The notes under the pieces: model-generated | Databases searched by the model: none | Seen by the model: the letters and a program-made list of their open reading frames with translations, nothing else | What the model was told of the DNA's origin: nothing | Position numbers and translations under genes: made by a program | Source of the DNA: Fistulifera solaris | Taxonomy: Eukaryota | NCBI GenBank assembly: GCA_030295235.1 | Contig: AP026125.1 | Span: 1,364,001-1,428,000, forward strand | Direction of reading: 5' to 3' | DNA: 64,000 nt | Shown: positions 1 through 12,151 of the stretch, in pieces | Layout: every line of letters begins with the position of its first letter | How positions within the stretch are numbered: the first letter of the stretch is position 1

Positions 1-1281
1 TAGTAAAGACACAATATCATCGTAGCCCTTCGCATAGGAAAGCCGCCGCATTAGTCGATCAAATCAGCACATAGCGACACGCAATTGCAGTCTTACCTTA
101 TGAGCCGCGAACGTGAGCGCACTCCAACCTGCTTCGCTGCATAAGCTTGGATTTGCACCATGTCTAAGTAACGCTTCAACAGCTGCACGGTGCCCATTAT
201 TAGCAGCTATCAAGAGTGGAGTTTCTTTCCACTTATTGCAAGCATTTCCATCCGCACCTTCCTCTAGCAAGAGATTGAGCACTTCCATCGAACCATTACT
301 ACTCCCCGACGAACAAGCCGTATGGAGCGGAGTGTAAAGGTCATCTTTGAACTTGCAATTCACGGAAGCTCCGTGCTCTAAGCAAAGCTTCACTGCTTCT
401 ACGTCCCCTTCTTCTACTGCACATTTCAAGTAGAGTTCAGCGTCCTCTTCATCTACACTCACTGATGATGACTTCACCGTTACCGATGCCCTGACGATCA
501 ACGAATCATCTGCAACGAAACCTTCTTGTTGAATCCGATCCGCTGTGATGAACTGCGACCAGCCCCAATCAATAGCTTTAGGGCACAATTTGAACGTCTT
601 ATCAGGATTTCTCTTTGCATAGCATAATGTCGGTCCTTTCGGATGCTCTAGTGTCAGAACATAACTCACGGCCTTTTTCCAGCCGAACGGTAAGTCTTCC
701 GCATCTGCTACCTGCAGAAACAAACTCAAGTGATGATTGCTTGCCCTTCCGTTACCGTTAACGTAGACGATCAACCGCCATCGATTACCGTACTCATCGA
801 CCGTTGTAGGTGAATATTCGGCTTTCTTACAACCGGATTCTCTCTTTGATGCATAATCTCTAATGGTGTATGTGAATTCACAGGTAGAATGAGCATTTTG
901 AGGCAGCCATGGTATAGGTGGATCTTCCGCATGGTCTCCGCCGTCGTCGTCTTCCACTAGATCGCTCTCTGTGGACGCACTCCTTTGATTGTTGTCGTCG
1001 TCAAAATTCCCTGAAACACTATCCGGTAAGTCATTTGAATCATTGCCAATTTCGTACTTTTTCTCTTCTTCATGCGATAACGGCGATTGCAACTGATCAT
1101 CTCGATCATGGTGTAAATGATGATGGGGATCATCGACGGACGAAGACGTGGCCGTTAGAATGTCTGGGTCGTCCGTCTCCAGGTTCGACGCGAGTAGCAT
1201 CCTATTTTGTAATGTAGTTTCGTGAGTCGCCTTATCGTTTGAGTCTGCCGAAGAGCTCTTTTCTACTCCCCAGCGGAGCAT
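1..1281 (-). CDS. MATH (TRAF-like) domain + ankyrin-repeat protein; 3' end runs off the window
   Basis: MATH motifs WRLIVYVNG...HLSLFLQVA...DWGWSQFI, followed by ankyrin repeats (TPLHTAC, TPLLIAANNGH, SALTFAAHK). GT-AG intron 28-96 with GACTAA branch continues the frame as GYDDIVSLL. True start codon uncertain. Confidence 0.85.
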
Positions 1282-2226
1282 TCTTCTTCACCTCTATCGT
1301 CGTTGGTAAATACGGGCTCTGTAAAAGCAGTATTCGAAACCGCACGAGGGGCGACACAAAGAACGGAAAGTCACAATGTGTGAGAGGCACTATTAATTCT
1401 GGCAGTATTTTACAGGCTTCAAAGCAAAAACGCAAAGGATTTCATTTTACTTCATATTTGACCGTTGTTTTTGAAAAGAACAGGTTCTGGAAGTGACAGG
1501 ACTGCGTACTAAATATTCGTAGCTCGCTACGTGCTCAGAATCCAGGAACATGGAACTGGAGCCGTTTCTTTGCATCGACAAAAACTCCCGCCATTGTTCA
1601 TTCGTAGCGTTTGCAGCCGCGAAACACGGCACCTTGGTTCTTTTTAAGTTACATAATTTGAAAAGCAAAACAGCATAGAGCCTTACCTGATGCAGAAGTT
1701 TCATATAAGTCGAGTTCAATTTTAATGGATGCGGAACAGGGTAAAAAATTGCACTTCTCGTCGTCTCCTTGCGTGGAGGGGTTTGATCGCCGTTCGTCTG
1801 ACATCGCTCGAGGTGGCGGAAAATGGGTCCCACAAAAGTACTCGCACCTCTACAGCTGTCGGCATAGTCATGAATTCCTTCGTCGGTCTTGGTTCGTCTT
1901 CTCCTCCAACCGGGACTGAAGTGGACGAATGACCGCGTGACTCTTTGAAAACGCATGACTGACAATCGGAAGACCGAGGTTGAAAAAGTCTCCCCGACCC
2001 CAACCGACGCGACGACGAGCCGAAGAAAGATCAATGATCATCAAACAAACGCTTTGATCAGCACGTGTACTTCTACAGTCTAACAGAGATTTTTAGAATC
2101 ATTGTGAATAAGCTGGAAAGGTCGTGTTAGAGTGGCGGGCTAACGAAAGCAATAAGAAATAGGACTGACTCGCTATCACTACATTTTCCTAAGACCGTCT
2201 ATTGATTACTCCGTACTTTTTTCACC

Positions 2227-3206
2227 ATGAATGACCGATTAGGTGATCTTCCCACATGGGCAGCCGACAGTGACGATGAAGATGAGCCGACAAAGGGTGA
2301 TATTGAAATGGGAGAAACTTCGAAACAAGCAAAACATATGGATCATTTCTTCCGAGAAGTAGAATCGATCAAAAAAGACATTGAAGCAATTACAAAGGCC
2401 ACCAAATCGATCGGCAACATCAATGACAGAGCCTTGCAAGCCACAACTACAGAAGAGGAGAACGAATTGAGTAGGAAGCTTCGCCCGCTCGTAGATCAAA
2501 CCAACAAACAGGCAAAACGGACTAAAACTTTGTTAGGTCTCTTGAAAGAAGAGACACAGAAGCTTCAGGAAAACAAACAAATCAAGCAAAGCGATCTTCG
2601 GTGAGTTCACGCTGTGCGGAGTGCCTCTTGCATCATTAATGCTTTCATCTCAATAAGTCACCTCCACTCCATTTCAGCGTCCGTGAGAATCTGTGTAACA
2701 CACTCACTCGTAAGTTCATTGACGAAATGAAGGCCTACCAGGCAGCGCAACAAAAGTATAAGACAGATATTAAGAAGAAAGTAGCCAGGCAAGTACAGAT
2801 AGTAAAACCCGACGCCACGGACGAGGATATTGATGCAGTGATGCGAAGCGAGGGTGGTCGAGATGCACTTTATCGGGAGCAAATATTGGCAGGCGGAGTG
2901 AACGACCAGGTAAAAACAACCTATGAGAAGGTGGCCGGAAAGTATCAGGATGTTTTGGCTTTGGAGCAAAGTGTTGCGGAACTACACCAGATGTTCTTGG
3001 ATTTTGCCTTACTGACAGAGCAACAAGGAGAATTGTTGGATCAAATTGAGTTCCAAGTGAAACAGGCCGGAGATTACGTGGAAGAGGCGAACGTGGACGT
3101 GTATGAAGCCATTGAATATCAACGAAAAATTCGAAAGAAGCAGTGCTGGATTTTACTCATCGTCGTGGTGGTCATGGTCGTCATTGTGGTATTTGTCCTC
3201 GGTTAG
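2227..3206 (+). CDS. Syntaxin (Qa-SNARE, plasma-membrane type)
   Basis: Habc helices, SNARE motif (LEQSVAELHQMFLDFALLTEQQGELLDQIE) and C-terminal TM anchor. Intron 2601-2677 joins the two ORFs in frame (DLR/VRENLC). Confidence 0.93.
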
Positions 3207-3306
3207 CACATGAGAATAACGTGCAGTGAAGAGACGAGCAAAAAACTTAACGCCATGCTAAAGAATACGACCTTTTGCAACTAATAAATTATTCATTTGC
3301 TTTTTA

Positions 3307-4347
3307 CTAAGAAACCTGCGCAATATTGAAATGATTCGCAAGAATATTTCCATCTTCCGCCTTGTGCTGCGCAAACGATATCCTGCCTTCTTCGTCCCCG
3401 GTTTCCTCTGCTCGTCCCCAATAATCAGCCGCATCCAGAGCTACCAAACAACTTTCACGAACCGCATCAATATCACTTTCGTCGTTGGCAAATCGCTGTA
3501 GAATTTGCTCAACTTCTTCCCATCGTCCATCGATCGCCCCCAAAGCTTCCGCACTTTCGTGTCGCACCATGACGTGCTCGTCGCGTCGTTTCAGTGCTTC
3601 CTCGAGCGCTTCCACCGAAGCGGGATGTTGCATTTGTCCCAAAACGTAAGCGACTTCGTGTCGCAACAGAGGCGAACTGTTGTCTTGGGTGAGTGCGCGG
3701 CACAACTGCAGTACCGATGCTTCTCCTCCGCGATTCCGCAGCGAAAACATGGCCCGATAGCGCTCAAAGAGAGGCAATGTGGCGTCGCAAAGAATATCTC
3801 CCAATTCCTCGAATGATTTATTTTGATGTGCCGGATGCGGTGGTGCAGGATCGACCGTGGAATAGGGATTCAACATGCAGGCACAGACGGCCGGCACATT
3901 CTCCGGATCTTCACCTTCGGCCCGCCATTCCATGATATTGAGTGCGAGCTGACACGTATCCGACAATTCGGGAAGATCGTGATTGGCTTCTTTGACGGCT
4001 CTTAAAATGGGTTCAGATCGGGCTGCTCCGATTGCGCCGAGAGCTTCGGCCGCTTCGTGCCGAACCATCACACAGTCGTTCGCATCCTGTAAGACTTTTT
4101 CCAAGCAATCGCAGCATCGTTCATCGCGCAGTTGTCCCATGACGTACGCAAATTCATGACGCATGAGTGATCCGTGTTGCATCTCATGTAGGCCCTTGGC
4201 GAGGACTCTTACAACATCGTTCTGGAGTTCGACCTCGTTGGTGTGGAGTTGCCGCAAATAGTAAGCAGCTCGCATACGCATGCCGATGGGATTTTGGGGA
4301 TATTCGAGCGACTTTTCAAGGTCGGGGAAAGATGGTATTTCCCACAT
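3307..4347 (-). CDS. DOHH: Deoxyhypusine hydroxylase
   Basis: Four HEAT-repeat His-Glu motifs (RHEFAYVMGQ, RHEAAEALGAI, RHEVAYVLGQ, RHESAEALGAI), plus VDPAPP and RYRAMFSLRN. Confidence 0.93.
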   Translation of the reverse strand: MWEIPSFPDLEKSLEYPQNPIGMRMRAAYYLRQLHTNEVELQNDVVRVLAKGLHEMQHGSLMRHEFAYVMGQLRDERCCDCLEKVLQDANDCVMVRHEAAEALGAIGAARSEPILRAVKEANHDLPELSDTCQLALNIMEWRAEGEDPENVPAVCACMLNPYSTVDPAPPHPAHQNKSFEELGDILCDATLPLFERYRAMFSLRNRGGEASVLQLCRALTQDNSSPLLRHEVAYVLGQMQHPASVEALEEALKRRDEHVMVRHESAEALGAIDGRWEEVEQILQRFANDESDIDAVRESCLVALDAADYWGRAEETGDEEGRISFAQHKAEDGNILANHFNIAQVS

Positions 4348-4688
4348 GTTTATAAATTTTAAGAAATAAATGAATTGTTTTCTTGTTATCTGTTCTTGCT
4401 AATAAAATGAAAGTGGCAAAATTCGAATGCGAGACGGATGGTCGCCGCACATGATGGACCGTCGCGTCGCATCGCCACTCAAACATAATTTCTCTATTTA
4501 TCGTATAGTTAGTCGTCTGTATAGCTGATTTTAGAATAAATCTGACGTCACTTCAAACTGACTGGTCGCCTTCCATTTTTTCGTCCACCTTTTTTCTCGT
4601 CGCGTTCTTTCTGCTTCATTCGATATTCATTCGATCATGACCATCACCATCTATCATTCCACCACGAAAATTTATTACTACCTGCAGC

Positions 4689-5670
4689 ATGTTTGCATCA
4701 ACTATCACTAAGCGCGTTGCCATTGCTCAATCTACATTTTCTGGTCAGAATAGTACGTTACTGGCACGACGATACCTCTCCGCCGAACCCCACAACATAG
4801 AACTGTACAAATATGCGATCTGCCCTTTCTGCAACCGTGTGAAAGCATTTCTAGATTATGCTGGGTTGGAATTTTCACATATAGAAGTGAACCCTCTCAC
4901 AAAAAAGGAAATCAAATGGTGAGTCCATCACCCACCCTCTCGCCACAGACGTCGTTGGTCGAGTGCTCATCGACTTCATCGTTCCACAGGTCCAAAGATT
5001 ACAAAAAGGTACCTATCGTTAAATTAGATGAAAAGCTACTCCTGGGATCTGATGCCATCGTTGAAGCTCTGTTGCAACAAGCATTTGTTCAGGAAAATCT
5101 GGAAAGGAAATGGAAAGGATCCAACATGAACATGGAAGAATTTGCAACGTCGGAGTTGAGTCAAAGATGGACGAAATTCGCTACCGATGAACTCGCATCC
5201 TTACTCTATCCGAATATTTGTCGTACGCTCAGCGACTCCTATCGCGCATTTGCGTATGTTGAAACAACGGACAGCTTCCGTACCTTGGAAAAATTATTAA
5301 TTCGTGGCTTGGGGTCTCTGGCCATGTACATGGCAGCCAGTCGTGTGAAAAGTGAGTCTTCATGAGTTGACTTTCATGCGTTGTGCGTTTGTTCTTGTAA
5401 CTAATGTCATCTCTTTCAGAAAAACGAAACATTACAGATGAACGTGCTGCGCTTCATCAAGCCCTGGTCCAATTGGAACAGGATGGTCTGCAGGATTACG
5501 ATTTCGTGTCGGGTGACGACAAGCCCAATTTGGGTGATATAACACTTTTTGGTACGTTGCGTTCCATCGAAGGCTTACCCGCTCACAAGGAGGTTATAGA
5601 AACACGCGATGGACCGCTCCGGGCGTGGTATGAACGAATGAGTGCCGAAGTAGTTCCCTTAAAGAAGTAA
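4689..5670 (+). CDS. PTGES2: Prostaglandin E synthase 2-like GST/glutaredoxin-fold protein, possible mitochondrial presequence
   Basis: YAICPFCNRVKAFLDY...EVNP, YKKVPIV, YPNICRT, PNLGDITLFGTLRSIEG. Introns 4919-4989 and 5352-5419 join three ORFs. Confidence 0.82.
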
Positions 5671-5745
5671 TAATAATCATAGTCTAGCTATGTCGCAACC
5701 AAATACAATGCCATGTAGATAATTTTATCAAGCATTTAAATCAAT

Positions 5746-6477
5746 TCAAAGCGCCCCACCTTCACCAAATTCGGCAATTAATTCATTGAGTCGATGTTGC
5801 ACCTTGCTTCGTCCCTCTTCGTCCAGTCGATCAATGTACACGGTTCCATCCAAATGATCGTATTCGTGTTGGAAAATTCTGGCCTCCCAATCGGTGAATT
5901 TCCGTTTAAACTTTTTGCCTTTCATATTCATGGCTTCTACTTTGATCCACTTGGATCGCTCCACTGGCCCATCCATTCCAGGAAAACTAAGACACCCTTC
6001 GGTCTCCACGTTGCGCGCTTCACTGAATTCCACAATGGTCGGATTCACCATAATAACTTCATCGAGCCACTTTTTCGGGTCTCCCGACTGATTGTATACC
6101 ATTAAGCGCTTATTGACGCCAACTTGGGGCGCTGCCAAACCCACTCCGGCCGCCGCGTACATGACCATGAACATTTCTTTCGCAAGCTTGGCAATCGATC
6201 CATCTTTCAACTCTTCGACTGTAACTAATTCATTCGGTTTGCGTAATGCGGGATGCGGGTATTTAACAATTCGCAATTCCGTTCCTTCTACAATTCCTGG
6301 GTCGACTTCTTCTTGCAATGAGGCGAGCAGGGAGGGAGAAGGTTCGACTCTTTGAAATGCGGTTCGGCTCAATCGTGTCAAGTAGCCCGCCCTTTGAAAC
6401 GCCATCGTTGAATCAGTAAGAACAAGAAAGGCAAAAATCAATAAGAAATATGGTTTAACGAATGAAGGCGTTGCCAT
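5746..6477 (-). CDS. PDF: Organellar (probably plastid) peptide deformylase
   Basis: All three PDF motifs: GVGLAAPQVG, EGCLS, QHEYDHLDG. ATG at 6477 gives a signal peptide plus 'MAFQ'. The longer ORF-track start lies inside the repeat array. Confidence 0.93.
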   Translation of the reverse strand: MATPSFVKPYFLLIFAFLVLTDSTMAFQRAGYLTRLSRTAFQRVEPSPSLLASLQEEVDPGIVEGTELRIVKYPHPALRKPNELVTVEELKDGSIAKLAKEMFMVMYAAAGVGLAAPQVGVNKRLMVYNQSGDPKKWLDEVIMVNPTIVEFSEARNVETEGCLSFPGMDGPVERSKWIKVEAMNMKGKKFKRKFTDWEARIFQHEYDHLDGTVYIDRLDEEGRSKVQHRLNELIAEFGEGGAL

Positions 6478-6581
6478 GGTAGAAACACAACATTGGTAGT
6501 CGTATGAAATGCAAAGAAAATATGTCATGTGCCTCGTCGAACGCCACAAAAAACGACAATAAGCGCTTGGGCAAAACGATT

Positions 6582-8812
6582 GGGAAATGCACGTACGTTC
6601 CACGTAGGCCCCCGTAGGGAAATTTATCGACAGAGGGGGCACCCGGATATTCGGTAATCATTATGCCACTACTTATTCTCGGGTCAATTTTGCACCACTG
6701 TCTCGTTTACTTTTTCCAAAATGCGTTATGCAAGCGATAGATCATAATCGGCACCAATACTTTGAACTCATTGCGCAATGAGGATGAAAGATGCAATGCT
6801 TCGAATGTCTACTTCATTCTCACGTAGCCGCCGTAAGAAATTTATCTCTGCAGGGAGACCCGGAAGTGCTGAATTCCTTTCACACCATTTTCCGGGTCAA
6901 TTGTACAACAATGTCTGGTTTACTTTCACCAACATGCATTAGTCATGTCAAGTAAACACAGTCGACGACAACTGGAAACAAGAACACAGTAGAAGGATGA
7001 AAGACGCAACGCTTGGGAAATGCACGTAGATTCCACGTAGGCCCCCGTAGGGAAAATTTATCGACAGAGGGGGCACCCGGATATTCGGTAATCATTATGC
7101 CACTACTTATTCTCGGGTCAATTTTGCACCACTGTCTCGTTTACTTTTTCCAAAATGCGTTATGCAAGCGATCGATCAATAATCGATGACAATACTTGAA
7201 ATCATTGCAAAAGAGGATGAAAGATGCAACGCTCCGAATCTCTACGTCATTCTCACGTAGCCGCCGTAAGAAATTTATCTCTGCAGGGGAGACCCGGAAG
7301 TGCTGAATTCCTTTCACACCATTTTCCGGGTCAATTGTACAACAATGTCTGGCTTACTTTCACCAACATGCATTAATCATGTCAAGTAAACACAGTCGAC
7401 GACAACTGGAAACAAGAACACAGTAGAAGGATGAAAGACGCAACGCTTGGGAAATGCACGTAGATTCCACGTAGGCCCCCGTAGGGAAATTTATCGACAG
7501 AGGGGGCACCCGGATATTCGGTAATCATTATGCCACTACTTATTCTCGGGTCAATTTTGCACCACTGTCTCGTTTACTTTTTCCAAAATGCGTTATGCAA
7601 GCGATAGATCAATAATCGGCACCAATACTTTGAACTCATTGCGCAATGAGGATGAAAGATGCAATGCTTCGAATGTCTACTTCATTCTCACGTAGCCGCC
7701 GTAAGAAATTTATCTCTGCAGGGAGACCCGGAAGTGCTGAATTCCTTTCACACCATTTTCCGGGTCAATTGTACAACAATGTCTGGTTTACTTTCACCAA
7801 CATGCATTAGGCATGTCAAGTAAATACAGTCGACGACAATTGAAACAAGAACAGAGTAGAAGGATGAAAGACGCAACGCTTGGGAAATGCACGTAGGTTC
7901 CACGTAGGCCCCCGTAGGGAAATTTATCGACAGAGGGGGCACCCGGATATTCGGTAATCATTATGCCACTACTTATTCTCGGGTCAATTTTGCACCACTG
8001 TCTCGTTTACTTTTTCCAAAATGCGTTATGCAAGCGATCGATCAATAATCGATGACAATACTTGAAATCATTGCAAAAGAGGATGAAAGATGCAACGCTC
8101 CGAATCTCTACGTCATTCTCACGTAGCCGCCGTAAGAAATTTATCTCTGCAGGGAGACCCGGAAGTGCTGAATTCCTTTCACACCATTTTCCGGGTCAAT
8201 TGTACAACAATGTCTGGCTTACTTTCACCAACATGCATTAATCATGTCAAGTAAACACAGTCGACGACAACTGGAAACAAGAACACAGTAGAAGGATGAA
8301 AGACGCAACGCTTGGGAAATGCACGTAGATTCCACGTAGGCCCCCGTAGGGAAATTTATCGACAGAGGGGGCACCCGGATATTCGGTAATCATTATGCCA
8401 CTACTTATTCTCGGGTCAATTTTGCACCACTGTCTCGTTTACTTTTTCCAAAATGCGTTATGCAAGCGATCGATCAATAATCGATGACAATACTTGAAAT
8501 CATTGCAAAAGAGGATGAAAGATGCAACGCTCCGAATCTCTACGTCATTCTCACGTAGCCGCCGTAGGAAATTTATCTCTGCAGGGAGACCCGGAAGTGC
8601 TGAATTCCTTTCACACCATTTTCCGGGTCAATTGTACAACAATGTCTGGCTTACTTTCACCAACATGCATTAATCATGTCAAGTAAACACAGTCGACGAC
8701 AACTTGAAACAAGAACACAGTAGAAGGATGAAAGACGCAACGCTTCGGAAATGCACGTAGGTTCCACGTAGGCCCCCGTAAGGAAATTTATCAACAGAGG
8801 GGGCACCCGGAG
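6582..8812. repeat. Tandem array of about 5.2 copies of a 432-434 bp unit; each unit is a dimer of related ~216 bp A and B subunits
   Basis: GGGAAATGCACGTA recurs at 6582, 7015, 7449, 7882, 8314 and (variant) 8746. A core is CACGTAGGCCCCCGTAGGGAAATTTATCGACAGAGGGGGCACCCGGA. B core is CACGTAGCCGCCGTAAGAAATTTATCTCTGCAGGGAGACCCGGA. Confidence 0.97.
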
Positions 8813-8963
8813 ATTGCTCAAGAATGGCCACACTGTTGGCACTTTGATCTTTGATGCCTTGCAATATTTCATTGGCAACAAAAGCGTTTTGTTCTCCACG
8901 CCGATCCATTTTTAACATCCCTCACCACTTGTAAATTAGAAAGGCCGGCAAACTCGGCAGACA

Positions 8964-9767
8964 ATGACGAAACGGGACGTCCAAGCGAAATCGCATTATG
9001 AAGGTCACAGCTCTACTTCATACGAAAACGCCTTTTTCTACGAACCCGGTGTGTATCAAGAGTATTTGCGAGACAGGGTCCGAGCCAGTCTTCGTCTTAC
9101 TTCCGAGTCGAAGCATATATTAATTGATATAGGTGGTGGAACGGGAAATTTCACTAGGGCTATCATTGATGGGACCCAAGTGACAGCTATTGTGGTTGAC
9201 CCGTTCTTGGAGGATTCGTCGGACGACAGCAACTCGCAGTCGGTGCAATTTGTCAAAGCCGCAGCAGAAGCTTACAAACAACCACCCGGTACAGATAGAT
9301 GGAGAAATGGATACAGTCAAGTATTATTAAAAGAAGTAATTCATCACATTGCAACAACGGACAGGGTTGCCGTTCTTCGCGGCATCCGGGAAGGGATGTC
9401 GAGCAGTTCTGAGATAAAGCCGGCTATTCTCATCATCACCCGTCCACAACGTGATATTGATTATCCGCTCTGGAGCGATGCAAGAGAAGTATGGGCTCAA
9501 AATCAGCCATCATTGGGAGAATTGGTCGACGATTTGAAGAAAGCTGGTTTTCGAAATGTTGAGCATACCGTCGAGGCGTACAAGTGCCAAATCCCAATTG
9601 CACGGTGGAAAGATATGGTGAAAGCTCGTTTCTGGAGTACTTTTTCGAGCTTCTCCGACAGTGAGCTGGAAAAGGCGTGTGACGTGATCGAGCAAAATGA
9701 AGCAGGGCGCACGGTGAATGGTGTTATTTCCTTTGAGGATAGATTGCTCTTCATCAAAGCCGACTAG
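8964..9767 (+). CDS. Class I SAM-dependent methyltransferase
   Basis: Motif I LIDIGGGTGNF, post-I VVDP, LKEVIHH; intact 267-aa ORF. Confidence 0.85.
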   Translation: MTKRDVQAKSHYEGHSSTSYENAFFYEPGVYQEYLRDRVRASLRLTSESKHILIDIGGGTGNFTRAIIDGTQVTAIVVDPFLEDSSDDSNSQSVQFVKAAAEAYKQPPGTDRWRNGYSQVLLKEVIHHIATTDRVAVLRGIREGMSSSSEIKPAILIITRPQRDIDYPLWSDAREVWAQNQPSLGELVDDLKKAGFRNVEHTVEAYKCQIPIARWKDMVKARFWSTFSSFSDSELEKACDVIEQNEAGRTVNGVISFEDRLLFIKAD

Positions 9768-11644
9768 GCCCTTTCGATGTTGCTGGCATTCTCGCGACGT
9801 GCGATACAATCGAATGACTTATCCCAGCTACAGCATGTTCGGAAGTGAGGGTTTGCGTGAGATTGGAGGCACTGGAAAACGTGGTCGTGGTAAGCACCAC
9901 AACCTTCGGACAGGATATCTTTCAGCATGAGATGGAAACTAGAACAGCAGTTGCCCAACGTGAATCGCGGATAGAGTTGTAACCTCAAGGATGCCATTGC
10001 GGATAAAATAGCTTTATCTGTACCGTTGTCGTATGTGTTTTCGTTTGGGAAAGGCTTGAAGTATCCAGTATCCTGTGTGACATCAAGATGGTTGACCACG
10101 AGTGCTGACACAAATTCTGTAGCGTTTGTCCGCTTGAGTAATTGCATTTCGTCTTTGATCTTCTGGGACTCTGTAGTAACAATAATAAAGGGTTGCTGGC
10201 TCTGAGGATGGTGAAACGTTTGCCAAGATTCTTGCGCTGCATCTAAATGATTCGCAAATGACATGCACTCCATCTCAACATTGCATTTATCAGACGCTTT
10301 CGACAATTAGTAGCGAATCAGAATGATAATGTTTAATGACAATTGGCAAACTTCACAAGAAACTTACCTCGAATGGGGAGCCCGATACTATTGCCTGAAT
10401 CAAAAGAGGGCGGAAGCACCGCCGTCACAATTTCATTCATCCGACGCAACGCGCGTGGATTTGGTCGCAAAGCATACAGCAGTAGTCCATGGAACAGTGG
10501 TGAGTCCATCCCGTAATAAGTGAAGGACTCATTTTTGGTATCGTGTCATCCTTTCGGAGTTGATCGGTTGCTTGCAACAACGTCTGTTGGAGTTCAGGAT
10601 CGTTCGTCATACGGTGAATCAAAGGCAAAATGTCTGTGTAAATTTTGTCTCTCAAATTTGGCGGAACGCGCTGCGCTCGGAACGGAAGCTGCAAGAGTAG
10701 CACACGGTCATCCTGTCGATTGTCTGGAAGAGTTCCCGTCCGAAACAATTGACGCCTTTCGTTCTTTTGCAAGGAATACGCCTCTTCTATTTCATGATGC
10801 GTCAAAACACACGGACTCGACGGCAAAAGAAACACTGAGCATCGCGACGTTCACAGGTGACTTGCGACCACGGCTGTTGCAAAAACGGTGGACCCACCGG
10901 AGCCTGATTGAGGAACAGCACCACGCGGTCCGTGGCGAGACCCGCCATCAAAGCGGGGACCGCCGCATACCTCATGTTGGCTCCAATGCCGTTGTTGTAG
11001 AATCGCACGACCAGGAATTTGGCGTTCGCACATTCAAAATCAAAGGGTCCGATACCAGCTTCGTGGCGTTCGCGTATACACTGCGAATCCAGGTTCTGTA
11101 CTTCGGTAAACGCGTGTCGGTGCTGATGATAATGAACAAACAGGTAAACGAGCCGAACGACCCAAAGCCGCAATTCCGATTCGTTGGTAGGCTGCACAAA
11201 TTTCGAGTTCGGCTCGCAAATGCTATGCTGTAAAAGTAAAGGTAGATTGTCGTTGCTCCAGTGCACGGAGGATAGGATCAAGCTTTTCCCCAACGAATCG
11301 TCCATTCCAAACGAATGATTGGCATTGCCGAGGCGAGGACCACGTAGCCAAGCATCCGAGTTGAAACGCAAGCAACTTTTGCGGGGAGTAGCCGCAGCGG
11401 AACCATCATTGGGAATAGATTTGCCCTGCCGAGGTGAATCCTTTGGGGCGAAGGATGCCCTTGCGAAGACAGTAGCAATGATCTCATTGCGATCATTCTC
11501 GCGATGATGATTCAGCGCCCATGCGTTGGATATCGCCAGCCAAATCGAGTACAAGATGGGTATTAAGATAGTTAGAATACGAACTTTTTGTAAAAGAAAG
11601 ATCTTCTCTTTTCTCTTTTCCTTCACTATCGTCGTCATTGTCAT
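9764..11644 (-). CDS. Type II membrane protein, putative glycosyltransferase (fucosyltransferase/GT-B-like); two apparent 1-nt frameshifts
   Basis: N-terminal TM, then NNGIGANMR...DRVVLF. Intron 10297-10367 reconstitutes GLPIRASDKC, reminiscent of the GxHIRxGDK fucosyltransferase motif, followed by IIVTTES. Adding one base at runs 10825-10828 and 10532-10536 restores the frame. Confidence 0.6.
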
Positions 11645-12151
11645 TTTTTTGGAATAAAAGGAGACGCGAGGACGACAAAAATCGTTTCTGCCCCGTGACT
11701 GAAATATGCAGTCGTGAAAAAAGTAATATACATTATGAGTGCATAGTAAATAACGGAGAATGATTTACTTCGCATTTCAACTTAATGAATCGACTCCGCA
11801 TTGCAATTACCATTCAAGGTTGCTAATTTTGCAAGTTAGGACATTTTAACTTACAAACTTGCAGAACTTACGGGCTTTCGGTAGCAGCGTGGCTCGAAAA
11901 CAATTAATTCATGACTGAACTCATGCAGTCGTGGCTAAATTCCCTCTGTACACTTTACCATAGACTGAAGACGGAGTCCCGCTTGAGATAGTTCCAGAAT
12001 GAATAATACGTCATCAATGGCGAACATCGTTTTTCCGTGCACCGCCGTGCACACGACAATGATGATGACGACAATGAGAATAAGCCTGCCAGAGTACAAC
12101 AGTTTTAAGGCGAACGCGGATCTCAAACGGTGAAAAGATTACTTTCATTCG

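Noticed and set aside
4543..4550. TGACGTCA CRE-like palindrome (also at 54719-54726)
   Set aside because: An 8-mer is expected about once per window by chance, and there is no independent support.
6582..8812. A/B array as a CRISPR-like locus
   Set aside because: The linkers are repeated and homologous rather than unique spacers, the period is far too long, there are no cas genes, and the context is eukaryotic.
6582..8812. A/B array as a hammerhead retrozyme, 5S rDNA or snRNA array
   Set aside because: By eye I found no CUGANGA...GAAA core on either strand and no recognisable 5S or snRNA sequence. An Rfam scan would be needed to exclude other RNA classes.
10520..11233. 237-aa plus-strand ORF and similar antisense ORFs
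   Set aside because: These are shadows of better-supported genes on the opposite strand.
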